Of a stretch of 64,000 bases of DNA, positions 50,658 through 64,000 are shown one piece after another. Source of the DNA: Syncephalis fuscata S228 (Eukaryota > Fungi > Zoopagomycota); assembly GCA_025786725.1 (NCBI GenBank), contig JAHLTZ010000005.1, forward strand, positions 806,001 through 870,000, read 5' to 3'. The notes under the pieces are model-generated. The model saw only the letters and a program-made list of their open reading frames with translations, made no database searches and had not been told where the DNA came from. A program made the translations under genes and the position numbers. Numbering within the stretch: the stretch's first letter is position 1; every line of letters starts with the position of its first letter.

Positions 50658-51793
50658 ATGATTCCTAGCGTATCAAGCTATGGTGCAATGCATTGCACGG
50701 GCAATGTTCCTGCTCGCAAGATAATGATGGTAACAATGCGAAATAGTACCTCACAAGAACAGGCAAAGAAGCAGCCACGTAAGATGATTACATTCTAATA
50801 CCATTCAATTAATAACAATAGTAATATTTAAATACTTTTAATCTAGTCCGAACATTATTACGACGTATTTTTAAAGGATTCATCCACAACAATGACTCGA
50901 ATATTATGCCGAATCCGACGACCAAGACCGTAGAAGACGACGTGCCTGTACTCACATTTATCAATGATACTTGTGAGGAAAGCGATTTCATTACCGTGGT
51001 GCCACTGGCCCGTCGACGACGTATAACACCGGGACCGTGCATCTTTTGTACAGCAATGCTTGACTGTTCATTCGACTCATGCAAGCTACAACGACAAGGA
51101 GCACATAGACGTGAAGCATCCCGAGCACTACGTGTTATGCACCGACATCCCTCGCAAGGTCTTTATCCGAGTGAACTAGCCAAGGTAGAAGAGGAGCCCA
51201 CAAGCCCAGCTATGGAGAAGAAGTTGATGAAACAAAGTGCAAAGAAGGGCAGTCTATTAAATGGACGTGACGTTACCAAAAAGTTGCCGTATCGTAATAA
51301 AACACCCATTTATTCTTCGTTAATGGCTCAAATAGCAACGAAGAAAGAAAAGAGTGACTTGCCTATTGTATCTCCATTATTTACTGTGGATACATCAGTA
51401 GTATCTACCAAAGAAATGGATAAGCTAGTAACAACAATGACAACAACAAACACTCCTCCTCCTCCTTATACCGATCCATTACCTACTTTAGGTATACGTG
51501 AACGACGTTCTTCAGCCTGGACAACCTTTCTAGCTGGTGATGGACCTAAAGGCCAACCAAATGACATTGACGCTATTTGTAGTATCGCTCCTCCTGGTCC
51601 TATTAGTAATAGTAGGATTGAGAAGCGATCTATATCGAATAAGCAAATTGGCCGATCACGCCCATGGATCGGTGCTGGTCGCCAATCAATCGTTATGGCA
51701 ACACCAACAACTAGTGATAAGTTATTTGTTCAACGATCTATTTCTGCCCTAGGATTAGTTCAATATCTATTACCAATACTGCACAGCCTATAA
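50658..51793 (+). CDS. Hypothetical, largely disordered protein, 2 exons; may extend to ~51884 via a frameshift
   Basis: The exon starting at ATG 50658 splices in frame (CCA C|gtaag...ctag|TC CGA) into the 295-aa ORF. Contains a PPPPY motif and a small CxxC...C..C cluster. Confidence 0.6.
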
Positions 51794-52641
51794 AAAGTCT
51801 ACCAGTAGTTCGGGCCGTATCTGCTCATCCATTCTACTATTCCCTATCCTCATCACTATCGCCGTCACCAATCAATTCAGTGTAAAATAGTGGATCACTA
51901 TCTATATATTTATATTTATATATCTATAATGCTACTCCACTAATATTCACTATTAATGATAAAGCCTATGCCATTACAATGGATAGTAAGATGCTATTAC
52001 TTAATGGCCACGATAGTAATGCTAGACAATTTGTCACCATCTACTAGTAACACAGCATAGGCAACATTCATTAGTTGTATATTTAACCTACGGCAAATAA
52101 AGTTGTATATTATCTACATTTATTATTGTTATTACTGTTACCATTAATCAATATACTAATATAATAATAATAATACAACATTTTAATAGTCTATTAACAC
52201 AGTTATTTCAATAGACTAGTAATACAGATAGTTTAATATAGAAGCGGTCAAATGACCATTCAAATAGTTGATGAAACAGAGTACAACTGTAGAATTTATC
52301 GAATTCTTTTAAATAAACGAAATTTGATTGACACTGGTTTCTTTTATTTCTTGGCTTGTTGCCTGTGACCTGCTCTATTTGTTCTAGTTTTACCACTTCT
52401 ACTTCTACTTCTATTCTTCTTCTTTCTTCTCTTGTTGTGTACGGACAAGTGTCCATCACTATTGCCGCCCCTTAACACGTCTACCACCGATAGTCCTTCG
52501 TTCTTTGTCTCATCTATCGCATCTATTATCGCAGCATCTAACCTGGTCTAGTCTTTCTTTTACTTGCTATTTCTTGTTTGTTGTCAGGTGCATGCTAGCT
52601 GATTGGGGCCCTATTATATTGGTTCACCTGCATCAAGCACT

Positions 52642-54213
52642 ATGACTGCTACTGAAGAGAAATCAAGACGGCCAGCGAGTAAGTATAATACTAGACGCAT
52701 CTTGTATTATTGTAATGCTGCAGTTTACTAATTGCCTATTATTGTTATTATTGCTATACATATATTACTTGTATTTAGACACGGCCTTTAAGCAACAACG
52801 TCTTAAAGCCTGGCAACCCATTCTTACACCAAAGACCGTATTACCTACACTGTTTATCATTGGTATTATATTTGCCCCTATTGGTGGTGTACTGTTTTAC
52901 GTCAGCGAAAATGTAAGTTATCGTTACTTGTGCCAACTGCTTGACAACATGCATCCAACTGACTAATATTAATGAAACTTAACTTGTCTATACTACTAGG
53001 TGACCGAAATAGTAATCAATTACAGTAGATGCGACAGTGCCGGTTCAACATTCGTACCTTTGGGTAAAAAGTCCTATCGTTACTCACTTCCTTCGTCAAG
53101 CAGCACTAAATACGATGAACCGCGCTTCAAATCAACGTTAATTAATGATCTGGTGAAAATAATCGACTACCTGATGCGCCAGCATATGCTATAAACAATG
53201 TCACGCGATGCACTCTTAGTTTGAAATTCCTGTCGATTTGAAGCCACCTGTCTACATGTATTATCTTTTAGACAATTTCTATCAGAATCATCGTAAATAC
53301 GTCAAATCTTTTGATTCCGAACAATTAAAAGGTACTGCACGTACTCGCGACCAGTTAGCAACTGGTGGATGTACCGATTTGCTTGGACCATCCGACTCCA
53401 GTCAGTTCTATTATCCATGTGGTTTAATTGCCAACTCTATGTTTAATGATACAATTTCATCGAACTCAAACCACTTTCACAGAGCAACGGTAACAACAAC
53501 AAGGCAGCTGATGATACGGCAAAGCAGTTTAAATTTTCAAATAAGGGCATTACTTGGTCATCAGATAGTAATAAATACGGCAAGACTTCCTATACAGCAG
53601 ATCAATTGGGCAATATTCTACCGCCACCTAACTGGGCTACTCGCTATAAGGATGGCAAGTATGCCAGTATTGACGATTTACCACAATTACAAAACGATGA
53701 ACACTTCCAAGTATGGATGCGCACGGCTGGCCTACCTACATTTAGAAAATTGTACGGCAGAAGTGATAAGGAAGGTATTAGCAAGGGCAAATATACATTG
53801 GACATCGATTTACGTAAGTTAAAAGAATAAAAGAGTAACAACGGCTAATTCGTACATGTATATACGTATATATTATAGATTTCAATACATCATATTATGG
53901 TGGCAGTAAATCGATTGTTATTTCAACAGTTAGTTTCTTAGGCGGCAAGAATCCATTCTTAGGTATTGCCTATATTACAGTGGCCGTCATTTGTGTCATT
54001 CTGGGTTGTGTATTTACACTTCGCCATTTGTATAAACCAAGGTATTTAATATTAATACTTATTTGTTTTACAAACGCTAATTTCTACTATAGAAAACTTG
54101 GTGATCACACCTATTTGTCGTGGAATCAACAAGGTGGACCTGTTGGTGGCAGTGGAGGTGCTGCTAGTCCCGATGGTCCAAGAAGTCCAATGGCCGGTGG
54201 GGGCGGAAATTAG
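52642..54213 (+). CDS. CDC50: Cdc50/Lem3 P4-ATPase (flippase) beta subunit
   Basis: SRRPA|[85 protein letters not shown]. Confidence 0.97.
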
Positions 54214-54519
54214 CTTTACGAACTAGTATGCGTATTATTTCATATTTCTGATCACTTAATACAAAGAATAAGCGTAAAAGTGATTATTTCAATAGTAACA
54301 AGACTTTTAGTTACATGTTGTCGTTATAGTAATTTGTATAAATGGAGAAAATAATAGAGGAAAGAGAAAGGAATGATATAAACGATGAACTAAATTGAAT
54401 TGAATTGAATTGAAATATTTTGAAATATGATTTTAATTTCACAGCCATAATGACAGTATATTGTGGTGCATTCTACATATATACGATCATTAGCAATAAA
54501 AGAATGCAAATAATAAGTA

Positions 54520-55778
54520 TTAATGGCGATGATGATGATGATGATGAGGTAAACGTGATATTGATGAACAACTCAAGGCAGGTTTTGCCTCTTCATCCTC
54601 TGTCATAGTAGCAACAGGCCACCAACGTAGTAAACGAATACGCCAATTATCAAGTAGATGTGGACTTGGTGTAGGAGCCAAATGTTCTATTCGGAACTCA
54701 CTAATACGTCCATGAATGTCAAATCGATAGGCGAATACACCTTCACAAATAACAGATGACGGCATTGATGAGTCTAATCTATTATCTACAGCATTAGATT
54801 GTTGTTGTTGAGTAGAAGGTGATGTTGTAGGTATTTTTGTACCGGCCAACGGTGATGGCATAAGTAAAGAGGCTAAAGTCTGTGTTGTTTTAGTAGCAAG
54901 ACTTGTTGAATCTGAATCTGAAGAATTTGCATTTTTACAATGTTCAAATCGCCAACGAATACGTAATTCTGAGGCAGCTTTTCCAAGTTTTACGCTATGC
55001 TCATCATTATGCTGTTGACGGCCATTTCCCGTAGAAGTTGATTGCTGTTTCGTATTTAATGGCATAGATGAATGGCTAGTAGGTGGATGAACCGAGACAA
55101 TACGTATGTAGGCCCCTTCCCGACCATAATACCAACGAATAGACCAGCGTAAACTTCTAATGATCCATAAATAAACATGACGACCTCGTAAACTTAATCG
55201 TGTATGATGTGGGTCGCTTATTAGCATGTCCGATCGATAAATATGCGTGTAATACGGCATATGACGTGGAAATGCTTCCAAATCATATTTTAGACCACGA
55301 ATTGCTAATCAATATTAGATAGATTAATTAACATAAACACTGCCATTAGTAATACGATATAGCTATTTAATGATTAATGTATTACCTTCGCCTACATTGA
55401 GTTCAAATTCATTAGGCGATATTTGCTCATTGTTGCCTCGAGTACTACTATTGCTATTATCGCGATCATTGTTGCTGTTATTGGCTTTGTTATTGCTGTC
55501 ATTGCTGTTGCCAACACTATACTTTACAATGTTGTTATTTAACGACAAATCTACTGAATCATTATTAAAAACCGTAGAGAGATAGTGTTTCGACGCTGAA
55601 TCTAACGGTTGCAATGAACAAGTTGTTATATCTATTGCCTTGTACCGTGTAGCCATTGTCGTTATTGACACTGGATACTGTTTTGTTGCCACATTGGTTA
55701 TGGTCGGTGTCAACAAACCCGTCTAGCTGGTCCAAAAGAGCGACAAAACATGTTCGATGATAGTAGACGAGTGAACAT
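54520..55778 (-). CDS. DUF2358 / C6orf136-like (NTF2-like) protein, probably mitochondrial
   Basis: Presequence-like MFTRLLSSNMFCRSF. FELNVG..IRGL, LRGRHVY, LRIRWRF, EGVFAYRFDIHGRISEFRIEHLAP. Confidence 0.7.
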
Positions 55779-56718
55779 ACTGCTGCTGTTACTGCTAGTA
55801 CTGCTACTATGACAGCTACTGCTACAACTACTATTACTAGTATTAAAAAAGTGGCTTCATAACAAAAGAGGTTGAAAGAAATGGTACATATTTATTTAAC
55901 ATTTCTCCTGAATATTACTTTACAGCGCTACTTTCTATAATAGCAATAATACTAAAGTCATTTATTCATTATCTAATTACTATTATTATTATTATTAGCT
56001 AGTAGTTGATTGTATAATTATGCTGTATTAGTATTTATTAGATTAGCAATAAATAACATCAAATTTGATACAGGTACATCAAACTGTTTGAACATTAATA
56101 CTATTGTTTTATCGAGTGTTTTGTAGTTGATTGTTAACATTGAATTTCTGTTTGGTAGCTAGACAAACACCTTAACATCTGAAACAATAGAAATACCAGG
56201 ACTATTAATGGAAATTCAAGATAACTTGAATCTTGGTATATCGAGAAAGAAAGCTTAGTATTTACTAGCTGACATATATTACCTGGTATTTACTACTATA
56301 GCCATGCCAACTATATAATAAAAATAGCAATAAAAAGTTGTTAAAACTGTCAACTAAGATTACAAGTAGTCATAGTATCATTACCAAACAACCGTATTTG
56401 ATCTAGATCAAAGGCTTCATGTTATCGATATAGAATGCGTCGTAATAGGACTTAAAACACAAGGAACAAAGCATCAATCGTTTTACACGTTCTAGAACTT
56501 GCCTATTAGAATAGAGGGCAGATAAGGAAGATATATGTATTAAATAATATAATTATAAACACGGAGACTATAGGAGAGAATAGGAGAAGCGTAACGCATT
56601 GTGCTAATATGGAGTCATGTTCAATGGTTACTATCGTTATTATACACTCTATAGACTAAATGACGACGATGACCCACACAAATAAGTGTGGAAAGGTTTG
56701 AGTAATTTTATAGATTCA

Positions 56719-56957
56719 CATGTGTGTGTGTGTGTGCCATCAACGGATTTCATTCTTTTACTCCGAGAATTCAGTCTATACACACACACACTCATATTCA
56801 TTCTTGATACTTACTTTTTTCTACCAATTGATATGCGTGCAGGCTGTATGTAAGGTTAGGAGACACATACACTGGCACAAACAACAAACCATAAGCGTAT
56901 TTACTCTTTCTCTATCTATCAATCTATCACACATAAGCACACACACACACACACACA
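56719..56957. repeat. (TG)n and (CA)n microsatellites upstream of PP4R1
   Basis: TG run at ~56721-56737, and CA runs at ~56780-56791 and ~56938-56957. Confidence 0.8.
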
Positions 56958-57335
56958 ACTCACTTACATATATATATCTACAGTCATCTATTGTTGCTTT
57001 TGACTTTGGATGCGCCTTCTTTTGCATTGACTCTTAGTTCTATTACGCAATCGATACTATTTGTCCTATTGGAACGTTTTTCCTCTCCTTCTCTTTCTCT
57101 TTCCACTATCCTTCGTGTGGTGTGTGTAGCTACGTGCTGCGAATAGCACAACTACTTGAGTGCATACTGTAGGCTATTCGTTATACTATATATCGCATTT
57201 ATTCTGCCACAGCTACTACTACAGCCACAGCTACTATTAACAGTATAGCATATATAGTATCGGTGGTCGTTGTAGTCTTGTAACTTTCATCACTACGCCT
57301 ATCGCTACTATCTCTATTATTATTGTCGTTAAACC

Positions 57336-60300
57336 ATGGCTGGTAAGATTTAACTAATACTAGATTGGTCAGATGAATTGTTTATTTACTATGTTGTTAT
57401 GTTTAGATCTTTATTTTATGTTTGGAGGCGATGATGAAGAGGAATTAACTATACCGGTTTCTAATAATCTTAACCATCCTGACGGCAAAGCTACTCTAGA
57501 TACTGGATATGATAATACCAAGCCTAAACAAGCAACACTTGACGTTGAAGACGACGATGTACAACGTGCAGTAGCAGCAGTGTTGGATGCTGAAGAGGCA
57601 GCGGCTAAGGCAGAAGAATTAGCCAACGGTGTTCCAATGGTCCATCCTGATGCTTTATTACAACAGATGCAACAACAGCAACAACAACAACAACAGCGAA
57701 TATCTGAGCCTAACGGTAGCTTTAAAGCACGTCTAGATGCATGGTATGCCGATGATGTTGAAGATGATGACGATGAAGAAGATGAAGAAGACGCGGAAAG
57801 AAATGGATCCAATACTATCGATGACCAAGCGGATACAACAATCAGCTTATTGGACGATGTTGAACAGCCACTTAGTCCATTGGAACAAATCTATTTACTA
57901 TTAAGAAGTAGCACATCTTCTCAACGGTAAGTTATAACAAGCACCATATAATGGATTATATTAATGACTATTGCATATTATAGAATTGATGGTATTGTTC
58001 AATTACCTGAATTGCTTCCAGAAATACCTCCTTCTGATGCTGTAGACTATTGCGTTGATTTAATTTACTCGCTGGCCGATGATTCCGAGGATTCTGTGCG
58101 CTGTGCACTTGCCGAGCAATTAGATAGAATTCTCGCCTATTATTTCATCAACTGCATGTTGCCTACGGCCAACAACAAAGACGTCGATCACCATGACGAT
58201 GAAGAGAAGACAGAACGAAGCGAAAACGAAGACGAGGAAGATGAAGATACAAAAAATAGTAAAAATGAACTACCAATATCTACCAGTGCTATCACTACAC
58301 ACGCTGATATAGCCGATGGAGATGAACCACCAATGGCTACTCATTTACACAACAGTCACCAATTGATTAAGCAAAATTGCCATCAGGCAGTATGGTAGAA
58401 TTGATACAGAAATTGTTATTAGATCCTGTATTGTTGGTGGCCGACTATACACGTGATGCCATACTTCGACTGTGTGATCGTGTAGATATTCCCTTTAAGG
58501 TACTTCACACCGAAGTGATTCATGGCGCCATATTTGCCCTGGATAGTGTGGAGGATACATCTGGATCACGCAATAGTAATGGCGGTATATCAGCACAGCA
58601 TTATTCTTCGCTGAATCACAGTATGGGTGGTAGTGATCATGATAATGGATTTGGATTCAATTTCAGTGCCAATTCAATGAGTGGCGGTATGGCAATGCAC
58701 CAGCAGTTGGACGGGCTGCCTGTGCTGTGCTTGGCATCCTGGCACCGTTGTGCGAACGTTTAGACGAAGAGACGTGTGAACATGAAGTACTTACTCGGCT
58801 AGTGAGCTGGACCAATGATTCATCGTATACTATTCGGCGCAGCACAGTGCCGACATTTGTGCCATGGCTGCTCGATTATCTAGTCGTCGTAATGAGCTAC
58901 TTACACTTTATGTAGCACTGTCACGTGATGCAGTCTGGCATGTACGTCAAGCTTGTGCCGAGCATTTAGACAAATTAGTGCCACTAATTGCCTCCGGTAA
59001 CATGGCTTCCACCGAACCGGAGACGCCTAAATCGGCCATATTCCCTCCGGATGGCCATTACCTGTTAGTCCGACTATTTGGCTGAACCAGGTAATGAGCA
59101 TGTTCGTAATCTACTATATCGTCCTTCTCTATCGGATGATGTGCTTGAACGGCGTGCAGCGTGGATGCTTGAACGATATGATATCTTTTTGGCCGATACA
59201 AGTCGTGGTGTACGTGAATCGGCTTGGAAGGCCATTGGTCGGCTGGCTGCTGCATTTCCTCGCGGCCAAGTGCCCAATGGTCTTGTGGAGCGCTATGTTG
59301 CTATGCCACTGGCCCAACCAGATGAGAATGATATTAATGAGCCGGAACGAGCAGTACAATGTGCCTATAATATGCCAGGTAAATAGGATAGATGCTATAA
59401 AGGCACATTTAGGATAAATGCTAACCATATTCTATAATCTTATTATTTATAATAATAGCTATGGTGCTAATGCTTGGTGCCGATCGATGGCTCGAACTAA
59501 GCCAATGCTATACAGTTCTCGTCGGCGATATGCAAGTAAGTGGCAGGCTATATAGCTATAGTATTTGGCTTTATATTCTATAGTTGCTAATATGTTATTT
59601 TGTGCATATAATTAGGCAGCTACTCGGTGTAGTCTAGCACATTCTCTGCCTGTACTCGCTTCAATGCTATCGAAGAAAGATGCCGACGATTACTTGTTTA
59701 GTGCATTCCAGCACTTTATGCAAGATGGAGGTGAAGTACATGCTGCAGCTTTAAGTGGATTTGCCGAATTTCTAGGCCATCTTTCACCAGAAACACGAAA
59801 GCGCTGTCTTCCTAACATTATTGGTTGGTATCAGAATGGACAACGTGACTGGCGTACGCGTGAAACGATTGTTCTGTAAGTAATATATAGCACAAATAGC
59901 TATTTGATATACGCTAATTATTTATCGATAGCCAACTCGTAAGATTAAGCGAATTATGCTCCATCGACGATATTGCCGACTATTTGTTACAAGTCGTTGA
60001 AGCAGCCTTGATTGATCGAGTGGCTCAAATTAGAGATGCAGCAGTAACGTGGTAAGTGGATAATATTACAAAGTGTATCGATTAATAATGAATATAAATG
60101 CATAATAGCTGGCAGCAATTTTAGCACGAGCAATGTATGATCAAGCGCCTATTGCTAGGCTACTTGATGCACTTGTTAGAATGTCACGCCATCCAGAACA
60201 TCGTATGCGCCTACTGTAAGTATTTATTAAGTAATTTAATGATTTAAATAAAAATACTGATTGGCCATTAATTTAGATTCTTAAAAGTATGTGGAGCATT

Positions 60301-61840
60301 AGTACAACGCCAACTCGTATCTTCAGTTGCCATGCGTGATTATTTATTGCCACGAGCAACTGAATTGGCCATCGATCCAGTAGCCAATATTCGATTAGCT
60401 ACTGTTCGATTGTTCCGTCATATTGGTCGATTATTGAATGGAGACAGAACATTGGCAACCTTTGCCAGTGTAGTGGTCAGTCGATTAAGAAACGATGCAG
60501 ATCGTGATGTACGCAGTGCAGTACTCGACCTCGAAGCATTCTGTCCCCACCGCATTACATTGCCACAGATTGAACGATCAGCATCATCTAACGAGAGTAT
60601 TATGAACTACGAGATGGAACACGCCGTAGATGCATACATTCATGATATGGAAACGGTAGATTTAGACATTATTGAAGATGAATTGGACGATCCAATGCTT
60701 AATGATACGCCACTGCCAATGGAAGTGCAGGGTGACTATATTCATTTTGATGTAGAAGACTTTGCCGAATATTGTATCAAAAAGAATAACGATGAAGTTG
60801 AAGCGGTTAATGCACCATTTCTATTAGAAGAATCAGATCATATTTCAACACTCAATTTGACTGGTCTTAAATCCTATGAAGACGGTAAAAGCAATGAAGA
60901 CGGTAATGATACTGATGATCATGCAACAGCCGCGTCTACCTTGAGACTATCACTCGTGTCGCCTACAGCAAGTGAAGATTCAACGGTTTCACCGGCTACA
61001 CCTACTTCATTATCTTTACCAGACTATTTACCTTCGTCAACACTAATTCTATCAAGTGACCTTAATGGCATGCCCACTGCAAAGCCATTAACACCGGGCA
61101 CTGAACGCACACTGGACCTTGAATCGGAATCTACTTTGGAAGAAGAAAATACATCATCTACAGAAACGAGTACTATTACAACTGAAGTGGAAGAAAATGT
61201 TGCTGATACTACAAATGAACCAGCGCCATTATCTATTTTAACCAAATTAGAAACCACTAATGATACAGTAGATGATGAACTGGAAAGTGAATTGATTGAA
61301 TTGAATTCACCATTAGAACTAGCATCATTGGTTAATTTGAGTGATGAAGCTACACTGCCTGCCGACGATGTAATAGACCGTGGCATTAATGGAATAAAAG
61401 AATCTACAGAGGCCGAATCTACAGTCCATATTCCGCCTATTGCCAGTGACTTGCATCGAACAGAACGACGTAAAAGTTTTGAAGCAGCATCATTGGCTAT
61501 TTCATCAAGGCGCTACTCATCCGATGAAAGCCGATCTACTACTTTGAACAAATCAATTCATTCATTGAATACAACTAGTAGCAGTATAGTGGCAACATCA
61601 CCATCGCTTTCAAAAAAAGTGATAACCAACGGTATATTATCTCCTACTAATACTACCACCGCCACTAGCAATAATACCACTAATACTAATAGTCCAGGAA
61701 AACAATCACCTGTATCGGATAATGGAGAACGTGATATTGATGGCAGTTGTTCACCGGTACCATCTCACAGTGAAGAAGATAATCCATCATGTGTTGAAAC
61801 AGATCAACGAACAGACAAAAATCTAATGGTTCCAGGTTAA
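57336..61840 (+). CDS. PPP4R1: HEAT-repeat protein phosphatase 4 regulatory subunit 1-like, multi-exon with frameshifts
   Basis: A 7-nt first exon gives MADLYF. LSPLEQIY, LADDSEDSVRCALAEQL, DAVWHVRQACA, CAYNMPAMVLMLGADRW, RCSLAHSL, DWRTRE, LAIDPVANIR, LRNDADRDVR, then an acidic tail. Confidence 0.8.
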
Positions 61841-62609
61841 ATAGTTGAAGATGAACGATGACGATGAAGAAGAAGAAGAAGAAGAAAAGAACTAGATAAC
61901 CAGACACCATTAGTGCGTGTCTGTTTGTATCTGTGTTTGTGTGTCTATTGCTGTTGATTTGATATTTTTAAAGCATTTTGTCATGTGCTTGCGTTTATTG
62001 CATTACACAAGTTATGTAATTGTTGCTTATAACTGAAGCATTTTTCCTATTTTTATCACTATTATCGTCTATCTAATACCATGATACGATGATGATAACA
62101 CTTTATAAAAGTAAACCTTTACACAAATAGTCCCACATGATATGTATGTTTAGATTTAGATTTATTTATAACTAATAGAAAGCAAAAGGATGCGTGCGTG
62201 TGTGTGTGTATTGTATGTGTGTATGTGTTTACGTAGTCGATAATAATGTTTAGTAGTAATTGGCATTGATTTATTTCCCATACCATTAAACTGAATTTAC
62301 GCCATGAGAGATGAGTGAGAAAACGTGCGTAATTTAGTTCATTGGGAAATAGTGCATAAATGTTACATTGATCATCCTTATGCACATATGAAGATGCGAG
62401 TGAATTGTTAATAGTTGACAATTTATTAAATATACAAAGATACAATAAAATGAGTTATAAATGGCTACACAAATAGTTGCAAGTTGAATACTATTTCTTA
62501 TGTTTTAGTTGCAAGTTTTGTTTTGTCATACCATATCTTCAGTACTATCCCAACGATAGTCATGCGCGGGCGCTATTTACGTTATCTTTTGCGTCAATAT
62601 TACAATGAC

Positions 62610-64000
62610 ATGTATAGAATTGTATTGCCATTGACGTATTACAGATTCATTATTTTTTTACTTTTAATCACTTTATCGATTGACACTTGTCAAGCAAATC
62701 TTACACTAACCTATCATAGCATTAATAATAATAATAGTAATAATAGTAACAGTAACAGTACACTTACAGTAGACACAAGTGATTTATTTTTAAAACAGCC
62801 AGTTTCTCTTGTACCGCCCAAACATAACGGCACACTTATTCTACTGCCAATACGGCGTGATCGTTGTGCATTTGCCACATTTAATAGCAGCAATACGGCA
62901 ATTAAGGAAATAGCCCGCCAAGCAAGCAATTACAACGATACAGGCCTACTTATTCTTTGGCCATTGGCTAAAACGGTGGGATGTGCATCTATAGCGCAGC
63001 TTGTCAGTGCAGCTCAAGATGTATCACCGCATATCGAAAAGATCGGCTTTCCCAGTATCACTTGGATGGGCATACTTGCTCAACCAATATCGTCCACACC
63101 CGTTGCTGGCATGTATCGAGCATGGGGACCCGATGATGAAGTCGATTATGGCAATCTAGTTAAAAAGGCAACAGCAACAGCACCAACTACAAATAATAGC
63201 AGTGGCAATAATAGTACTACCAAAGCATCTATTACAATTGCTCTTATCAATGAGTATGATAGTAAAAAAATAGTAGATTTCTCTTCAAAACAAGACATCT
63301 TTTTATTTACTGCAATTTATGGCAAGTATTCTATTTAATAATAGTTGGTGCCATTAACTAATCTTTATTTAAGATGCTGGTCCCTGGAATAACGTATATC
63401 TTAGCTTCTTATACAATCTTTATCGTTGGATAGTCGCCATTTGTCTCTTGGGTGGCTTATCTTTCTTTATAATTCACTTAATACGTAATATACGCTATCA
63501 TAGACATGCTTATATGAAAGCTTGTGCTAAAGCATCAGGCATGGCCATGTTTATTACGCCAAGTAAGGCTATGTTATACAACAGTGACAGTTCAAGTTTG
63601 GCTAATGTTTGTAATACTAGTACTTATCATGGTACTTATGCTCTATCCAAGTCCCATTCACGTATCTTTTGGTGTGGCGACCTTTTCTATGACCCGTATC
63701 GCCTCTATTGTTTTACTTTGGTTCGTGTAAGTGACGCCTTATGACGGCAAATGACGCCTAATGAAATGTAGATCAAAGTGTGCTAGTTGCGGCTCCTCAA
63801 CCGCTAGAATGATGGCGTTTCGGGCCTTTCTGGTTATGGGCTTGATCTTGCAACTGGGTATTGGAATTATTATTACAGTAGCAACAAGTCAGCTATTGAT
63901 TAAATTTGGCTACTTGAAACTGGCACAAAAGTTGAATCAACTTGCTAATTCCATTGCTATTGCTCAATCTGGCTCTGTGGTCATACTACTTGGCATCTCA
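62610..64000 (+). CDS. Signal peptide, extracellular (PA-like?) domain and multi-pass membrane region; 3'-truncated
   Basis: Signal MYRIVL...DTCQA, Cys pair RCAF...GCASIAQL, then DAGPWNNVY followed by at least five hydrophobic helices across frameshifted frames. Confidence 0.7.
63322..63373 (+). other. GC-AG intron in the membrane protein gene
   Basis: TAT G|gcaagt...actaat...ttaag|AT GCT GGT CCC TGG keeps the frame. The GT donor 4 nt downstream hits TAA. Confidence 0.75.

Noticed and set aside
56720-57037. Small ORFs rich in CV/TH repeats
   Set aside because: Translations of (TG)n/(CA)n microsatellites.

Overview
AT-rich, gene-dense eukaryotic DNA with short (~50-100 nt) spliceosomal introns. 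It looks like an early-diverging fungus; gene content and style suggest Zoopagomycota, e.g. a Syncephalis-like parasite (inference). About 20 protein genes can be reconstructed by joining exons by eye: 3' part of ATM/Tel1, a divergent sphingolipid C9-methyltransferase homolog, two tandem secreted tyrosinases, AMSH deubiquitinase, HP1/Swi6 (absent from the ORF track), Grc3/Nol9, cystathionine beta-lyase, a P450, a DH-PH RhoGEF-like protein, WDTC1, a ricin-type lectin, a BC-box LRR protein, a secreted possible pseudokinase, mitochondrial EF-Tu, Cdc50, DUF2358, PP4R1 and a partial multi-TM receptor-like gene. Many genes carry single-base frameshifts, often in homopolymers, best read as assembly errors. 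No tRNA, rRNA or CRISPR was found. The most unusual signals are: four GCAAGT-type GC-AG introns; a ~675-bp MITE-like element present twice in inverted orientation; a decayed zone (6.5-8.8 kb) with a 120-bp periodic repeat and nested palindromes; nine AGGCG motifs upstream of the lectin; a palindrome-rich bidirectional swi6/grc3 promoter; a shared non-canonical tyrosinase C-terminal domain; and several candidate pseudoenzymes. All alignments were done manually and no database search was run.
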